From Leucoraja erinacea (taxonomy: Eukaryota): a DNA stretch of 64,000 nucleotides. Below are positions 1 through 11,600 of the stretch, piece by piece. A model generated the notes under the pieces. That model made no database searches. It was not told where the DNA came from and saw nothing but the letters and a program-made list of their open reading frames with translations. The position numbers were made by a program, and so were the translations under genes. Each line of letters starts with the position of its first letter. Positions within the stretch are counted from its first letter, which is position 1. The stretch is taken from the NCBI RefSeq assembly GCF_028641065.1, contig NC_073400.1:29450001-29514000 (forward strand), written 5' to 3'.

Positions 1-625
1 TTCTACTGCAGTTGTACAGGGTCTTGGTGAGACCACACCTGGAGTATTGCGTACAGTTTTGGTCTCCTAATCTGAGGAAAGACATTCTTGCCATAGAGGG
101 AGCACAGAGAAGGTTCACCAGACTAATTCCTGGGATGTCAGGGCTTTCAAATGAAGAAAGACTGGATAGACTCGGTTTGTACTCGCTAGAATTTAGAAGT
201 TTGAGGGGGGATCTTATAGAAACGTACACAATTCTTAAGGGGTTGGATAGGCTAGATGCAGGAAGATTGTTCCCGATGTTGGGGAAGTCCAGAACAAGGG
301 GTCACAGTTTAAAGATAAGGGGGAAATCTTTTAGGACTGAGATGAGGAAAACCTTTTTCACACAGAGTGTGGTGAATCTCTGGAATTCTCTGCCGCAGAA
401 GGTAGTTGAGGCCAGTTCATTGGCTATATTTAAGAGGGAGTTAGATGTGGCCCTTGTGGCTAAAGGGACCAAGGGGTATGGAGAGAAGGCAGGTACAGGA
501 TACTGAGTTGGATGATCAGCCATGATCATATTGAATGGCGGTGCAGGCTCGAAGGTCCGAATGGCCTACTGCACCTATTTTCTTTGTTTCTATGGCCTAA
601 TTCTGCTCCTATAATTTATGAACAT
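1..625 (+). mobile_element. CR1-clade (HER1-like) LINE 3' fragment
   Basis: ORF 12-506 LVRPHLEYCVQFWSP...RGDLIETY...RTRGHSLK is the typical CR1 ORF2 C-terminus, followed by the 3' tail. Confidence 0.9.
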
Positions 626-643
626 GATGACAGTAAACCCTAC

Positions 644-734
644 CTTAGAGTCTCTTGTGAACACCGCGGTTGAGATACTCCAGATCACAAGCAGGAGAAA
701 GAACATCCAGCGCCCCACTTTCCATGAGATGTAA
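644..734 (-). CDS. Gene A TM exon (SYISWKVGRWMFFLLLVIWSISTAVFTRDSK), charged activating-type
   Basis: gcccag/gtaggg, 91 nt, phase 2 to 0; clear paralogue of the 91-nt exon at 44006-44096. Confidence 0.8.
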
Positions 735-3700
735 CTGGGCAAAGGTCAAGAAATACAGAGTCAATGGGAGGAAACGAGGCGGTTTATCTTTAAAGCATTT
801 ACCTGTTATCTGCTTCATAATCTTGGTGAAGTGGAGCGGGGCGAAGCGGTAGCGTCAGTGGAGACCATCTTTGTAAAAGAACGGGTGTTGGACTGGGGGG
901 GGGGGGGGGGGGGGGGGACAACATATGATCACCAATTGTTGACATCATTGCTGGGGCATGGCTACAAGACTGGGAATGAGAGACTACGCGGTTAAATGGA
1001 TTCAGAGAAGACAGATAAATAAGTCATGAGCTGGGACAGTGAATACAAAACAGATGGACACAAAATGTTGGAGAAACAGCGGGAGTGGCAGCATCTCTCT
1101 AGAGAGAAGGAATGCGTGAAGTTCCAGGTCGAGACCCTTCCTAAGACCGAGAATCACGGGAGAGGGAAACTGTGGATGTGGAAGGATACAAAGAACAGTG
1201 TGATACCCTGGAAGAAATAAAATGCAGCTGCAAGATTATAATAAAATCCATTTGGATAGACAGGAATAATAAAAACGGATCAATTCCAATAATGGAAGGG
1301 AGATGAGGCAATAAAAATGGAAACAGATGAGGCCAATTAATAAAATAAATTTAAAAATGATTATGCTTAATGACACACCCTGGATACTTCGTGGATCAAC
1401 GCGGTAGGTGTGTGGATGGAGGAATTGTGTTCGAAAAATCGGTTAAAGATTCGCTCATAACGGCGTGGCTTTCATGAACATTTGCTAACGCAAGTATAAC
1501 ACAAGAGTGTGATAGAAAGTCAGATATATTTCAAATGTGATAAGATAAATAACAACGTGTTATCACTTTCATGGCTATATTATGATTGAATATTTAATGG
1601 TTTCAAGTATCAACGAGTAAGAGAGAGTCAGTTAACTCATTTTGCTGTATTCGGTCTGATTCAAGACTATTTTCTCAAATTCTGCGCCAGCGATTTTCTG
1701 GTGTATGGCCCCACCAATGACAAGGTGTTACCACAAGTGATATCAAGGGGAGTGTGGTGTAGCCCATCATTCATAATGCATTTCCCTATCAGCATCACCC
1801 AAGAGCAAGTCACACCAAAGCCAAACTGGAAGACTAGGGTTTGGGAACTATATTAATCTCACAGCATGGGATGAGGTGAGTGATGGAGCAGTCATGTTGA
1901 ATACTGCAGGGAGCGCTCTCTGAAAAGCATCAAATGGAGGAACTTGTTCTTATCATCCAAGCATGTACACAACACAATGAGATGTAAACCAGTGCGATTC
2001 CCCTTCTGATGAGTTAACTAATAACTGGTTTGCAAGACACACTATGGAAACAGGCCATTTGGCCCTTCGGGTCTGTGCTGACCATCAACCGCATTTACAC
2101 AAATCCTGTGAGAAGAAGTTTGGTCTTTAGTTGTGGGAGTCAGTAGGTTTATAATAGACATGGGTCGATAGTCTATCTCCTGTGATGGAGACGGTATGAT
2201 CGAGAAAGGGGAGGAGGGGGTTGAAGATGGTCCAAGTGCGTTTGAGTGCCAGGTGGAGTGCAGGAGACCATTCCCTCTGCAACCCTGTGGAATGTCCCAA
2301 TTCTACTCCTATCCCTTATGACCTTATGACCTATACCTCCCTAGTTATCTCTCCCTTTCCCATCCAAACCACCCTCTCCCCAATTCCTTCCCCATTCAAC
2401 TGCAGGAAATGCAACATCTGTCCCTATAACTCCGCCCTCGACTCGGTCCAAGGAACTCAACAGTCATTTGAGATTCGGCTGAGTTAGCGTGAACCGCCTC
2501 GAACCTCATTTATTGTATCAGGTGTGGACTCTTATACATCAGCAAGACAAAACGTTGACTGGACGATCGTTTCACTGAACACATATGCTCAGTCCGCCTG
2601 GGGCTATTTGATCTCCCAGTTGCTAAACTATTTACCCCCCCCCCCCCCCCTCCCATTCCTACACTGACTGTTCTATTCTGGGCTTTCTCCATTGCCAGAG
2701 TGAGGCCAAATGGAAATTGGAGGAACAGCGCCACACATTTCGCTTGGGCATTTACAGCCAAGCGGTATAAATATTGATTTCTATAACTTCAAATAACCCT
2801 TGCACCCCCTTGCTCTCCGTCCCTCCCCCATCCTAGTCATTGTACCAATTTCACTGTTGTCTTGTAGTGTCTCATTGTCCGTACAACTCGTTTTCAGCTA
2901 GCCCACAGCTAACTATGGATCGTTTCATTCATCATCGTTACTTTTGTTGCATATCTTTCATTCAATGTTTTATATCTTTCTATATCACCGTCGATATCGC
3001 TCTCGTTTCCCTTTCCCCTGACTCACACTCTGAAGAAGGGTCTCAACCTAAAACGTCACCTATACCTTTTCTCCAGAGACGCTGTCTGACCCGACGAGTT
3101 ACTCCAGTTGTTTGTATCTATATTCAGTTTAAACCAGCATCTGCAGTTCCTTCCCACACAATGAAAGGCAAAATATGCAGAACACACATAGACGGCACCT
3201 AAGTTCGGGGTCTTGGCATTGTGAGGCTGTGGTTCCATTGGCTGTGTCTGGGCATTCAGATCAATAATCTCTCGGGCCTTTAATGCCAGTGAACGGAAGA
3301 CACAACTTTCTCCCAATTGAAGTAATCCCAATCAAAACACCAGTAATTAGTACATGGCACCTTTCATTGGAATCAGAGTAGTTTACCTTGATGAAGCATT
3401 GGATCCTTTCGAAGTTTCACAAGAATATTCAAGTCCTGTTAGAACAAGGAAATAAAAATCAGTTTCACTGATTTTCACTTGCTGTTGAACAAGAGAGCAT
3501 GCTTGTCCGATGTAAGGAGTTTATAGATTTAATAGACAGGGCAATGTTTCTCCAGTGTAATTTGTAGAAAATGGGAGATGCTTGCACAACTCAGGTAGAA
3601 CTCAGGTCGCCGACATTAGGGCGGCACAGCGGTAAGAGTTGCTGCCTTGCAGCGCCAGAGACCCGGGTTCAATCCTGACTACGGGCACAATCTGCACTGA

Positions 3701-6700
3701 CTTCGTATGTTCTCCCTGTGACCGCGTGGGTTTTATTCAAATGCTCCGGTTTTCTCCCACATTCTAAAGTCGTGCAGGTTTTGAGGTTAATTGCCTTCTG
3801 TAAATTGTCCCTAGTGAGTAGGATGGAATTGGTGCACCGGTTAAAGGCAGTTGCTTCCACCTGGATTTCTAAACCCAACTAAAGGAGGTGATTTCATGCG
3901 AGGGATATTGCCTGGGATGAAACATTACAGTTCGAAGGAGAAGGCTGGATAGATGGGGATTTTAATCCATATAGGAAAAGAAGGGGGAACCTATTACTGA
4001 TGTCACTGTAAAAATATTTTCAAGCTGTGTAAACATAAGAGGCAGTTCTAGCCGGGAAGCTGGTCTACACCAGCAATGGGAAATCCGTGGCTGGAGCCCA
4101 GCAACCAAGTATTGACAAATGGACCATAATATTATCATTTTAATCTTGATAAGTTAATTAAAGAACGTGCATGGATTTCAGGGTGTCGGGGGTTATGGGG
4201 AGAAGGCAAGAGAATGGGGTGAAGAGGGGAAGATACATCAGCCATGATTGAATGGTCTATTTCTGCTTCTATCACATGTGATTTTATGAACCACCCCACC
4301 CCCACTTCCCCTTCTTCTCCTCATCCCCTCCACTACTTACCAGTGCCGTCGATTTTCACTAGGAAACTGCAGGACACGTCATTGCTGGAGATGGACACGT
4401 TGACCATTTCACTGGATTTTGATCCTTTATTATTTGAGGCTGTGCAATAATATTGATGGTGCTGGTGTTTGAAGGATTGACAATGTAGATCCAGGGCATT
4501 GTTGTCTGAGATCTTTGAATCCCCAGATGGGGTCTTTTCATACCAGGTGTGGTTAATGGGAAGCGATCCCCGGACCGACTCACAGGACACTGTCACCGAG
4601 CCCCCGAGACAAGAGACATTGTCTGGTGACAGACACCCAAGCACAGGAACAGACACGGGTTCTGTGGGAAAGGAGCAAACAGTCAGACACTGAGTGAACA
4701 TCTGAAAATCAAACACTCGCCAATATCCACCATCTCTGTATCTTAGCCAGAGCCGCCAGGTTGGAATCTGACCCATCCATCTACATAGGGTCATAGAGGC
4801 ATGCAGTGTAAGAGCAGGCCTTTCGGTCTAATTTGCCCCCGCTGACCAACATGCCCATCCACACTAGTTCCACCTGCCCTTGCTTAGCCCATAAGCTTCC
4901 AAACGGAAGAGACCGTGCATTTACTCGATCTATTCGTCGTATGATTTTGTAGCTGCCATAAGATCATCCCTCATCTTCCTGCTCTCCCAGAAATAATGTC
5001 CTAGTCTGCTCAATCCCTCCATGGAGTTCAGACACTCAAGTCATGGCAGCATCCTTGTAAATCTTCTCTGCACCCAATCTTACTTGATAGCATCTTTCCT
5101 ATAACATGGTGATGAATACTGACCACAGAGCGGACATATCATCAGACAATCTTCGATTCTCTTTTACATTTCAGGAATTGCCAGCAGGAAAAAGGGAGCA
5201 TTGTTTATATAACTGTCGGACCCATCCCATCTACATAGATTCGTAGAGTCATACAGTAGAAACAGGCCCTTCGGCCTAACTTGCCCGCGCTGACCAACAC
5301 GCCCAATCTACACTAGTTCCACCTGTCCTTTCTTGGCCCTTAACCCTCTAAACATATCCTATTCGTGTAACTGTCCAATATTTTCTGAAATGTTACGTTA
5401 GTACCTGCCATAACTACTTCCGTCGGCATTTCGTTTCATGGACCTACCAATCTTTGTGTAAACACGTTACTCGCCAGGTTCCTGTTAAATCATTCCCCCC
5501 TGATATTAAAACTATGTCCTCTGGTTCCCGATTGCCCTACTCTGGGCAAAAGACTGTGTATTTACTCGATCTATTCCTCGCGTGATGTTTGTGATTTTTT
5601 AAAAAATTTAATAAATATTTTTATTAGAATCAATGTTCAGTAGTATATACCGTGTTTTACATATTACATTTAGTGTGCAACTTCTTGTTTTAAATTTATT
5701 AGTACACAGCAGCACCATCTCTCTTTGTTTTACAATTCCAGCATCTGCAGTTAATATTCTTTTAATCCGAGCCTCTGCTTTTAATCTGAACATTCAAACA
5801 CCTCATTAGTGCAACAGTATCACCATCAACAACTTTTTAATTTCCTTGCACAGAATAGTTGATAGTGATAATGTTGCACAAATGAGGTGTGTGATTGGCG
5901 GTATTGTAGAATTGTGTGTAGGGAGCGAATGGGAAAGTGGAATAATATAGAACTAGTGTGACCAGTGATCGCTAGTTGGTGAGGACTCGGTGGGTCGAAG
6001 GATCCGTTTCCATGTTACATTTGTAAACTACAACTAAATATCCGGGTGAACATGTTTCTGTAAACTCTACAAACCTTTCACATCTTTTATTTTATAAATC
6101 GGCGACCAGAACTGTACACCAGACTCCCACCTAACAAATATTTTGTCCGTTGCCAAGGTGGAGACATAAAGTCACCCATTGAGAAACCTACCTTCAGAAA
6201 CTTGGAGATGTACTTTAAATGTTGGTTCGCCAGGTGTAGTAATTCCACAGCTGTACCATCCTGTATCTCCAGAGTTAAGATCCTCCACAGTCACAGTAAA
6301 TATTCCTCGTGCCGGGTTATCTGACATTGACACTCTTCCACTCTGTCCATGTTCCCCATTTGTTTCCACTGCATGTGTACACTGGCGACTTGTCCCGTTG
6401 CACCAGAATTTTGTGTGTGAGCGGTACACTGCTGCATAATGACAATCGATTGTGATCGCTCGTCCCACAACCCCGTGTACTTCGCTCTCTACCCGCAGTG
6501 CACCTGAAACGGAAGGAATCATCTTTCATAAATTGAAGAGAAAAATTAGCCTTTCACAAACATATACATTATAGTATGCTTCAATGTGTACAGGGGAGTC
6601 CGCGCAATGATTTTCTTAACTCTGTTGAATTCCACCTAGATTGCGATGAGAGACATATACTGTACACCGACCCTCACCATCTGCACAGGTCGTTCCAAAG

Positions 6701-8599
6701 TGCTTCCCAGCCAATGTGGGTGTGAATGGTGAAGAATGATGCATTGAACACTGAGCCTGTTGCAATTGGAAGGCGCTGTCTAGGGAGTCTTGGTGAGTTG
6801 CTGCAGTGCATGGTGCAGATGGTCTAAACTGCTGCTGCTCTGCATCAGTGGGGGAGGTTGAGGATGGGGTGTCTATCAAGCGCGATTTTGGATCATGACA
6901 GACCAAGCACAAGTGTTCAGTGGAATTGTAGCCGCGGCCAGTGCTTCTTAAACTAGTGAATGGTTCACCCAAGGGTGAATGAAATTATTTTGGGGTGAAT
7001 TAGTTAATTTATGTGTTTTTTTGCTCATGTGACATAATTAATTATATATAAAATTATGCAAAAGGGAAAATAAGATGATAATAACCAAAAAAACATAAGA
7101 ACATTTAGTTGAGGGGGAATTACATCTTGTAATAAAGACTCAAGGGTGAATGACACTGAAAGATTTTAAGAAGAACTGCCATTCTATAAACTTGGTCACT
7201 CTGATTTAGACTCTATTCTGGACTTCCAATCTGAACGTCTCCACACCTACTGGGAAGTTCTTTTCAAAATTCTCTTTAACAAAATTAAGGGTTATACTTG
7301 ATGGAGTGACGGCCAAGTAGATTCCACTTTAATTTTGTGAGATTACTGGAATTTGACACAAATTACCAGTTAAAATCATGAAGATAATCATGAAATTGTA
7401 CACCCTTGATTAGAAATGATGGCGGATCCAAACAGAATGAATTTGGTGCGTTCTCCGACTCAAAGTGTGTGTGAGACCTTAAGTGGCAGCCAGAAATAAT
7501 ATTTTTAAGTTGGAAGGGCGAAATTTGATGGAATGCACTAAACACGTTGTGATAAGTGCACGCTTGTCTCTCCTTTGCTGAAATTGTTCAACACATCCCA
7601 GGTGGAAGCAACGGGCTATTATTTGCCAGTCCCCCAAACAAACTCTCGCATTTACACCAGGAGCAGCAATGATGCCGTCTGCAAATAACAAGAAATCCAT
7701 GACCATCACCACAAGGCGAATAGCAGCAGGTTCAGGGACACGAGAAGAACACTCACCTGCATTGTTCATTTCTGTCACATAACTGCACGTTCCTGCTCCT
7801 TTGAAGACTTTCACGTTGAGACTTTCACTGGATTTTGTCCCATGATTATTTGAGGCTGTGCAGTAATATTGACGGTGTTGCCCTCCGAGGATTTCACAAC
7901 TCAGATCCAGTTGATTGCCATACACGGTAGTTGAAACCCAATGCTCGTTCTTCTCAAACCATGTGTAACGGATGGGAAGGGATCCACGGACAGACTCACA
8001 CGACACTGACACTGAGCCTCCGAGACGTGAGGCATTTGCTGCTGATAGATATCTGAGCACAGGAGCAGACACGGGTTCTGTGGGAATGGAGGAAACATCC
8101 AGTCACCTGTATGAACAGTTAAAAACCTTGCTAAATCTCAACAACCCTTTATCTCAGCCCGAACCGTCCGGTTGATATCTCACCGGCTCATCTACATCTC
8201 TGTGAGTGTGCGAAGCCCAGAAACCGAAGAAGGTTAGAGTTATAGAGAACCGAAAGATGCCCATCACAACAGCTCATTCATGCCGACCAACATGTCTTTC
8301 TAGGCCATAGCCATATGTCCACGTTTCTCCCTTATCATTCGCAATGATCCCAATCTACGCAAATATCAAAGAAATATTTTAAATGCTGTTATTCTAACTG
8401 CCTCAACAACTTCCTCTGGCCGCAGGTTCCATATAAATATCACCCAATGTGTGGACAATGTTGTCCATCAGAACAGAAGTTGGGATGTTATGTTTCAGTT
8501 GTACATATGTTGTTGATGTCGAACTTGGGCGAATTGTGTTCAGCTTCAGCCACTCACCTGTACAAAAACATGCCATTACAGTAAGTGACAGCTACTACT

Positions 8600-8653
<54 letters not shown>

Positions 8654-11600
8654 ACCCCCTCCACTCTTTAAATAGTTCCCATTGCGTCCGTCCTCCACTT
8701 TTTGATTCCACACATCGTGGGAAAATGAACATGCTTCTCGTGATTGATACATTTCTATAAGTTCCTCGCTCAATCATTTCCACACCAAGGAATGAAGTCT
8801 GAGTTTGTCCAATCGCTCCCTGCGTCAATCACGTCCTGTCCAGGCAGTTCGGACCAGGGGGCTAACCTGCCCCGGGTGGACTGAACGCAGTCTGTTGAGC
8901 TCTGGGGACTGATTCCCTGTTTATTATTCTCCGTGTATTCAGACCGTGAGCAACACTTGTTTCTCACTGATCTCTCGGATTATTAGTTTGAGTCGGAATG
9001 CAAACCTCTGACAGGGTGACATTTCATACAGTTCAGAGGCAGGGAAATGTGCTGAGCATCCCACTTGAAGTGGGTGGCCGCTCAGTGGGACAGAGCCTGC
9101 ACTGGGTGAGAGCAACATGAGTGGGGTTTCCCGACCCCCGCCCGCTCCCCGCAGGTCTCTGCACTGCCGCGGAGCCTCGGGATATCGGTGCTGCCCTGAC
9201 CCTTCCCGGAGAAAACATGGACCAGGCATTTCAGTGGAGACGTCAAGTCCATCGCTACGAAACGTACCGTCAGATACTTGGAGATGTACGGAAAACATTG
9301 GATGGTCGGCAGACGTTCTAATTCCACAGATGTATCTTCCTGTATCTCCAGAGTGAAGATCCTCCACAGTCACAGTAAATATTCTTAGTGCCGGTATATC
9401 TGTGATGGACACTCTTCCACTCCGTCCGTGTTGCCCATTTGTTTCCACCATATCTGTACATTGGCGACCCCACCCACGGCACCAGTATTTTGTGTGTGAG
9501 CGGTACTCTGTTGCATAGTGACAATCGATTGTGATCGCTCTTCCCACATCTCCTGTTACATTCTTCTTCCCCCAAACTGCAACTGAAATGGAGGGGAAAA
9601 ACTTTTAGATGGAGAGCAAATGAACTGTTTAATGGAAATAGATACATTTCGAAGATCACATGAAAGAAAACATAAACGTTCCATGATGTGTCATATTGCT
9701 TCACGCCCAATGTCTCCGGTCTGAAGTGCAGGCAGTGCTGTTATTGTACCAGTTGTGTCAGTGTTCTGTCCCCGGGGTCAGTACAATTTGGATTCACTTC
9801 CCACTCCAGATCCCAGAGCAGAAACTGGGCTGGAATCGCAATTCGGTACTGAGGGAGCGCGGCAGTGTTGCAGGAGCTGCCTTTCAACAATCCCTGGCGG
9901 TGCCCGGCCTCTCACCCCACAGAAAGACCCACTTTGCTATTGAATTGGCGGTGCCGCCGGCTGCGCTGCCAACATTCTTCTCTCAACCGACACTGGGCCG
10001 GACCCGTGTTTAGATATTCACCGCCTTTACAACGCCCTGACTGAGGACAGTGGACGGACGGGTTACAATAAAGCGGATCAAAAGATAAGGAGCAGGATGT
10101 TTGAAGGGTATAAATAAATATTTTTAAACCGAGAAGATAGAGGTACCTGAATTGCCTCAATGGACGAGGTGCTGGTAAGTGGGATGAGTATTGATAGTAC
10201 TGAATGGTCAACATTAACACAGTGACCCAAATGCGATACCAACGTCTAGGAGTTAACTGTGGCCACATTTACTGATAATTTCTGATCGCTTCACATATTT
10301 GAGTGTCGGTCATGTGGAGATGATGGAAAGTGAAAATGCTTGGACTGATGTCACTGCAAACCTAGTTTAAAGCTGTGTAAACATAAGAGGCAGTTCTAGC
10401 CCGGAAGCTGGTCTACACCAGCACTGGGAAATCTATTTATGGAGCCCAGCAACCAAGTATTGACAAATGGGCCATAATTCCATCATTTTAATCTTGATAA
10501 CGTAATTAAATAACGTGCATGGATTTCAGGGTGTCGGGGGTTATGGGGAGAAGGCAGGAGAATGGGGTGAAGAGGGGAAGATACACCAGCCATGATTGAA
10601 TGGTCTATTTCTGCCGCTATCCTATGAACCACCCCGCCCCCACTTCCCCTTCTTCTCCCCATTCCCTCCACTACTTACCAGTGCCGTTGATTTTCACCAG
10701 GACACTGCAGGGCACGTCACTGCTGAAGATGGACATGTTGACCATTTCACTGGATTTTGATCCATGTTGATTTGAGGCTGTGCAATAATATTGATGGTGC
10801 TGGTGTTTGAAGGATTGACAATGTAGATCCAGGGCATTGTTGTCTGAGATCTTTGAATCCCCAGATGGGGTCTTTTCATACCAGCTGTAGTTAATGGGAA
10901 GGGATCCCCGGACCGACTCACAGGACACTGTCACTGAGCCCCCGAGACAAGAGACATTGGCTGGTGACAGAAACCCAAGCACAGGAACAGACACGGGTTC
11001 TGTGGGAAAGGAGCAAACAGTCAGACACTGAGTGAACATCTGAAAATCAAACACTCGCCAATATCCACCATCTCTGTATCTTCGCCACAGCTGCCTGGTT
11101 GGAATCTAACCCATCCATCTACTTAGAGGCATATAGTGTAGAAGCAGGCCAACATGTCCATCCACACTAGTTCCACCTGCCCTTGCTTAGCCCATAAGCT
11201 TCCAAACGGAAGAGACTGTGCATTTACTCGATCTATTCGTCGCGTGATTTTGTAGCTACCGTAAGATCATCCCTCATCCTCCTGCTCTCCCAGAAATAAA
11301 GTCCTAGTCTGCTCAATCCCTCCCTGGAGTTCAGGCACTCAAGTCATGCTTCAGGCTCTCAACCGACACTGGGCCGGACCCGTGTTTAGACATTCACCGC
11401 CTTTACAACGCCCTGACTGAGGACAGAGGACGGACGGGTTACAATAAAGCGGATCAAAAGATAAGAGACCATAGGTGCAGGAGTAGGCCATTCGGCCCCT
11501 CGAACCAGCACCGACATTCACTATGATCATGGCTGATCATCCACAATCAGTACCCCGTTCCTAAATTACCATATACCCCCTAGTGCCGCTATCATTTGGA

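Noticed and set aside
12-506. Host protein-coding gene
   Set aside because: C-terminal fragment of a CR1-type LINE ORF2, repeated elsewhere in the window.
3619-3690. tRNA genes at the SINE heads
   Set aside because: The A/B boxes continue into a shared SINE body and no complete cloverleaf is evident.
8449-8828. Poly-Pro/poly-Gly ORFs (also near 19.5, 21.4 and 33.5 kb)
   Set aside because: Translations of homopolymer tracts with no other coding signal.
8939-9267. Secreted isoform by read-through of the V exon into the conserved intron
   Set aside because: Open-frame length differs widely among paralogues (stops within a few codons in A-V1 and B, frame-changing deletions in D and E), so the conservation is not at protein level.
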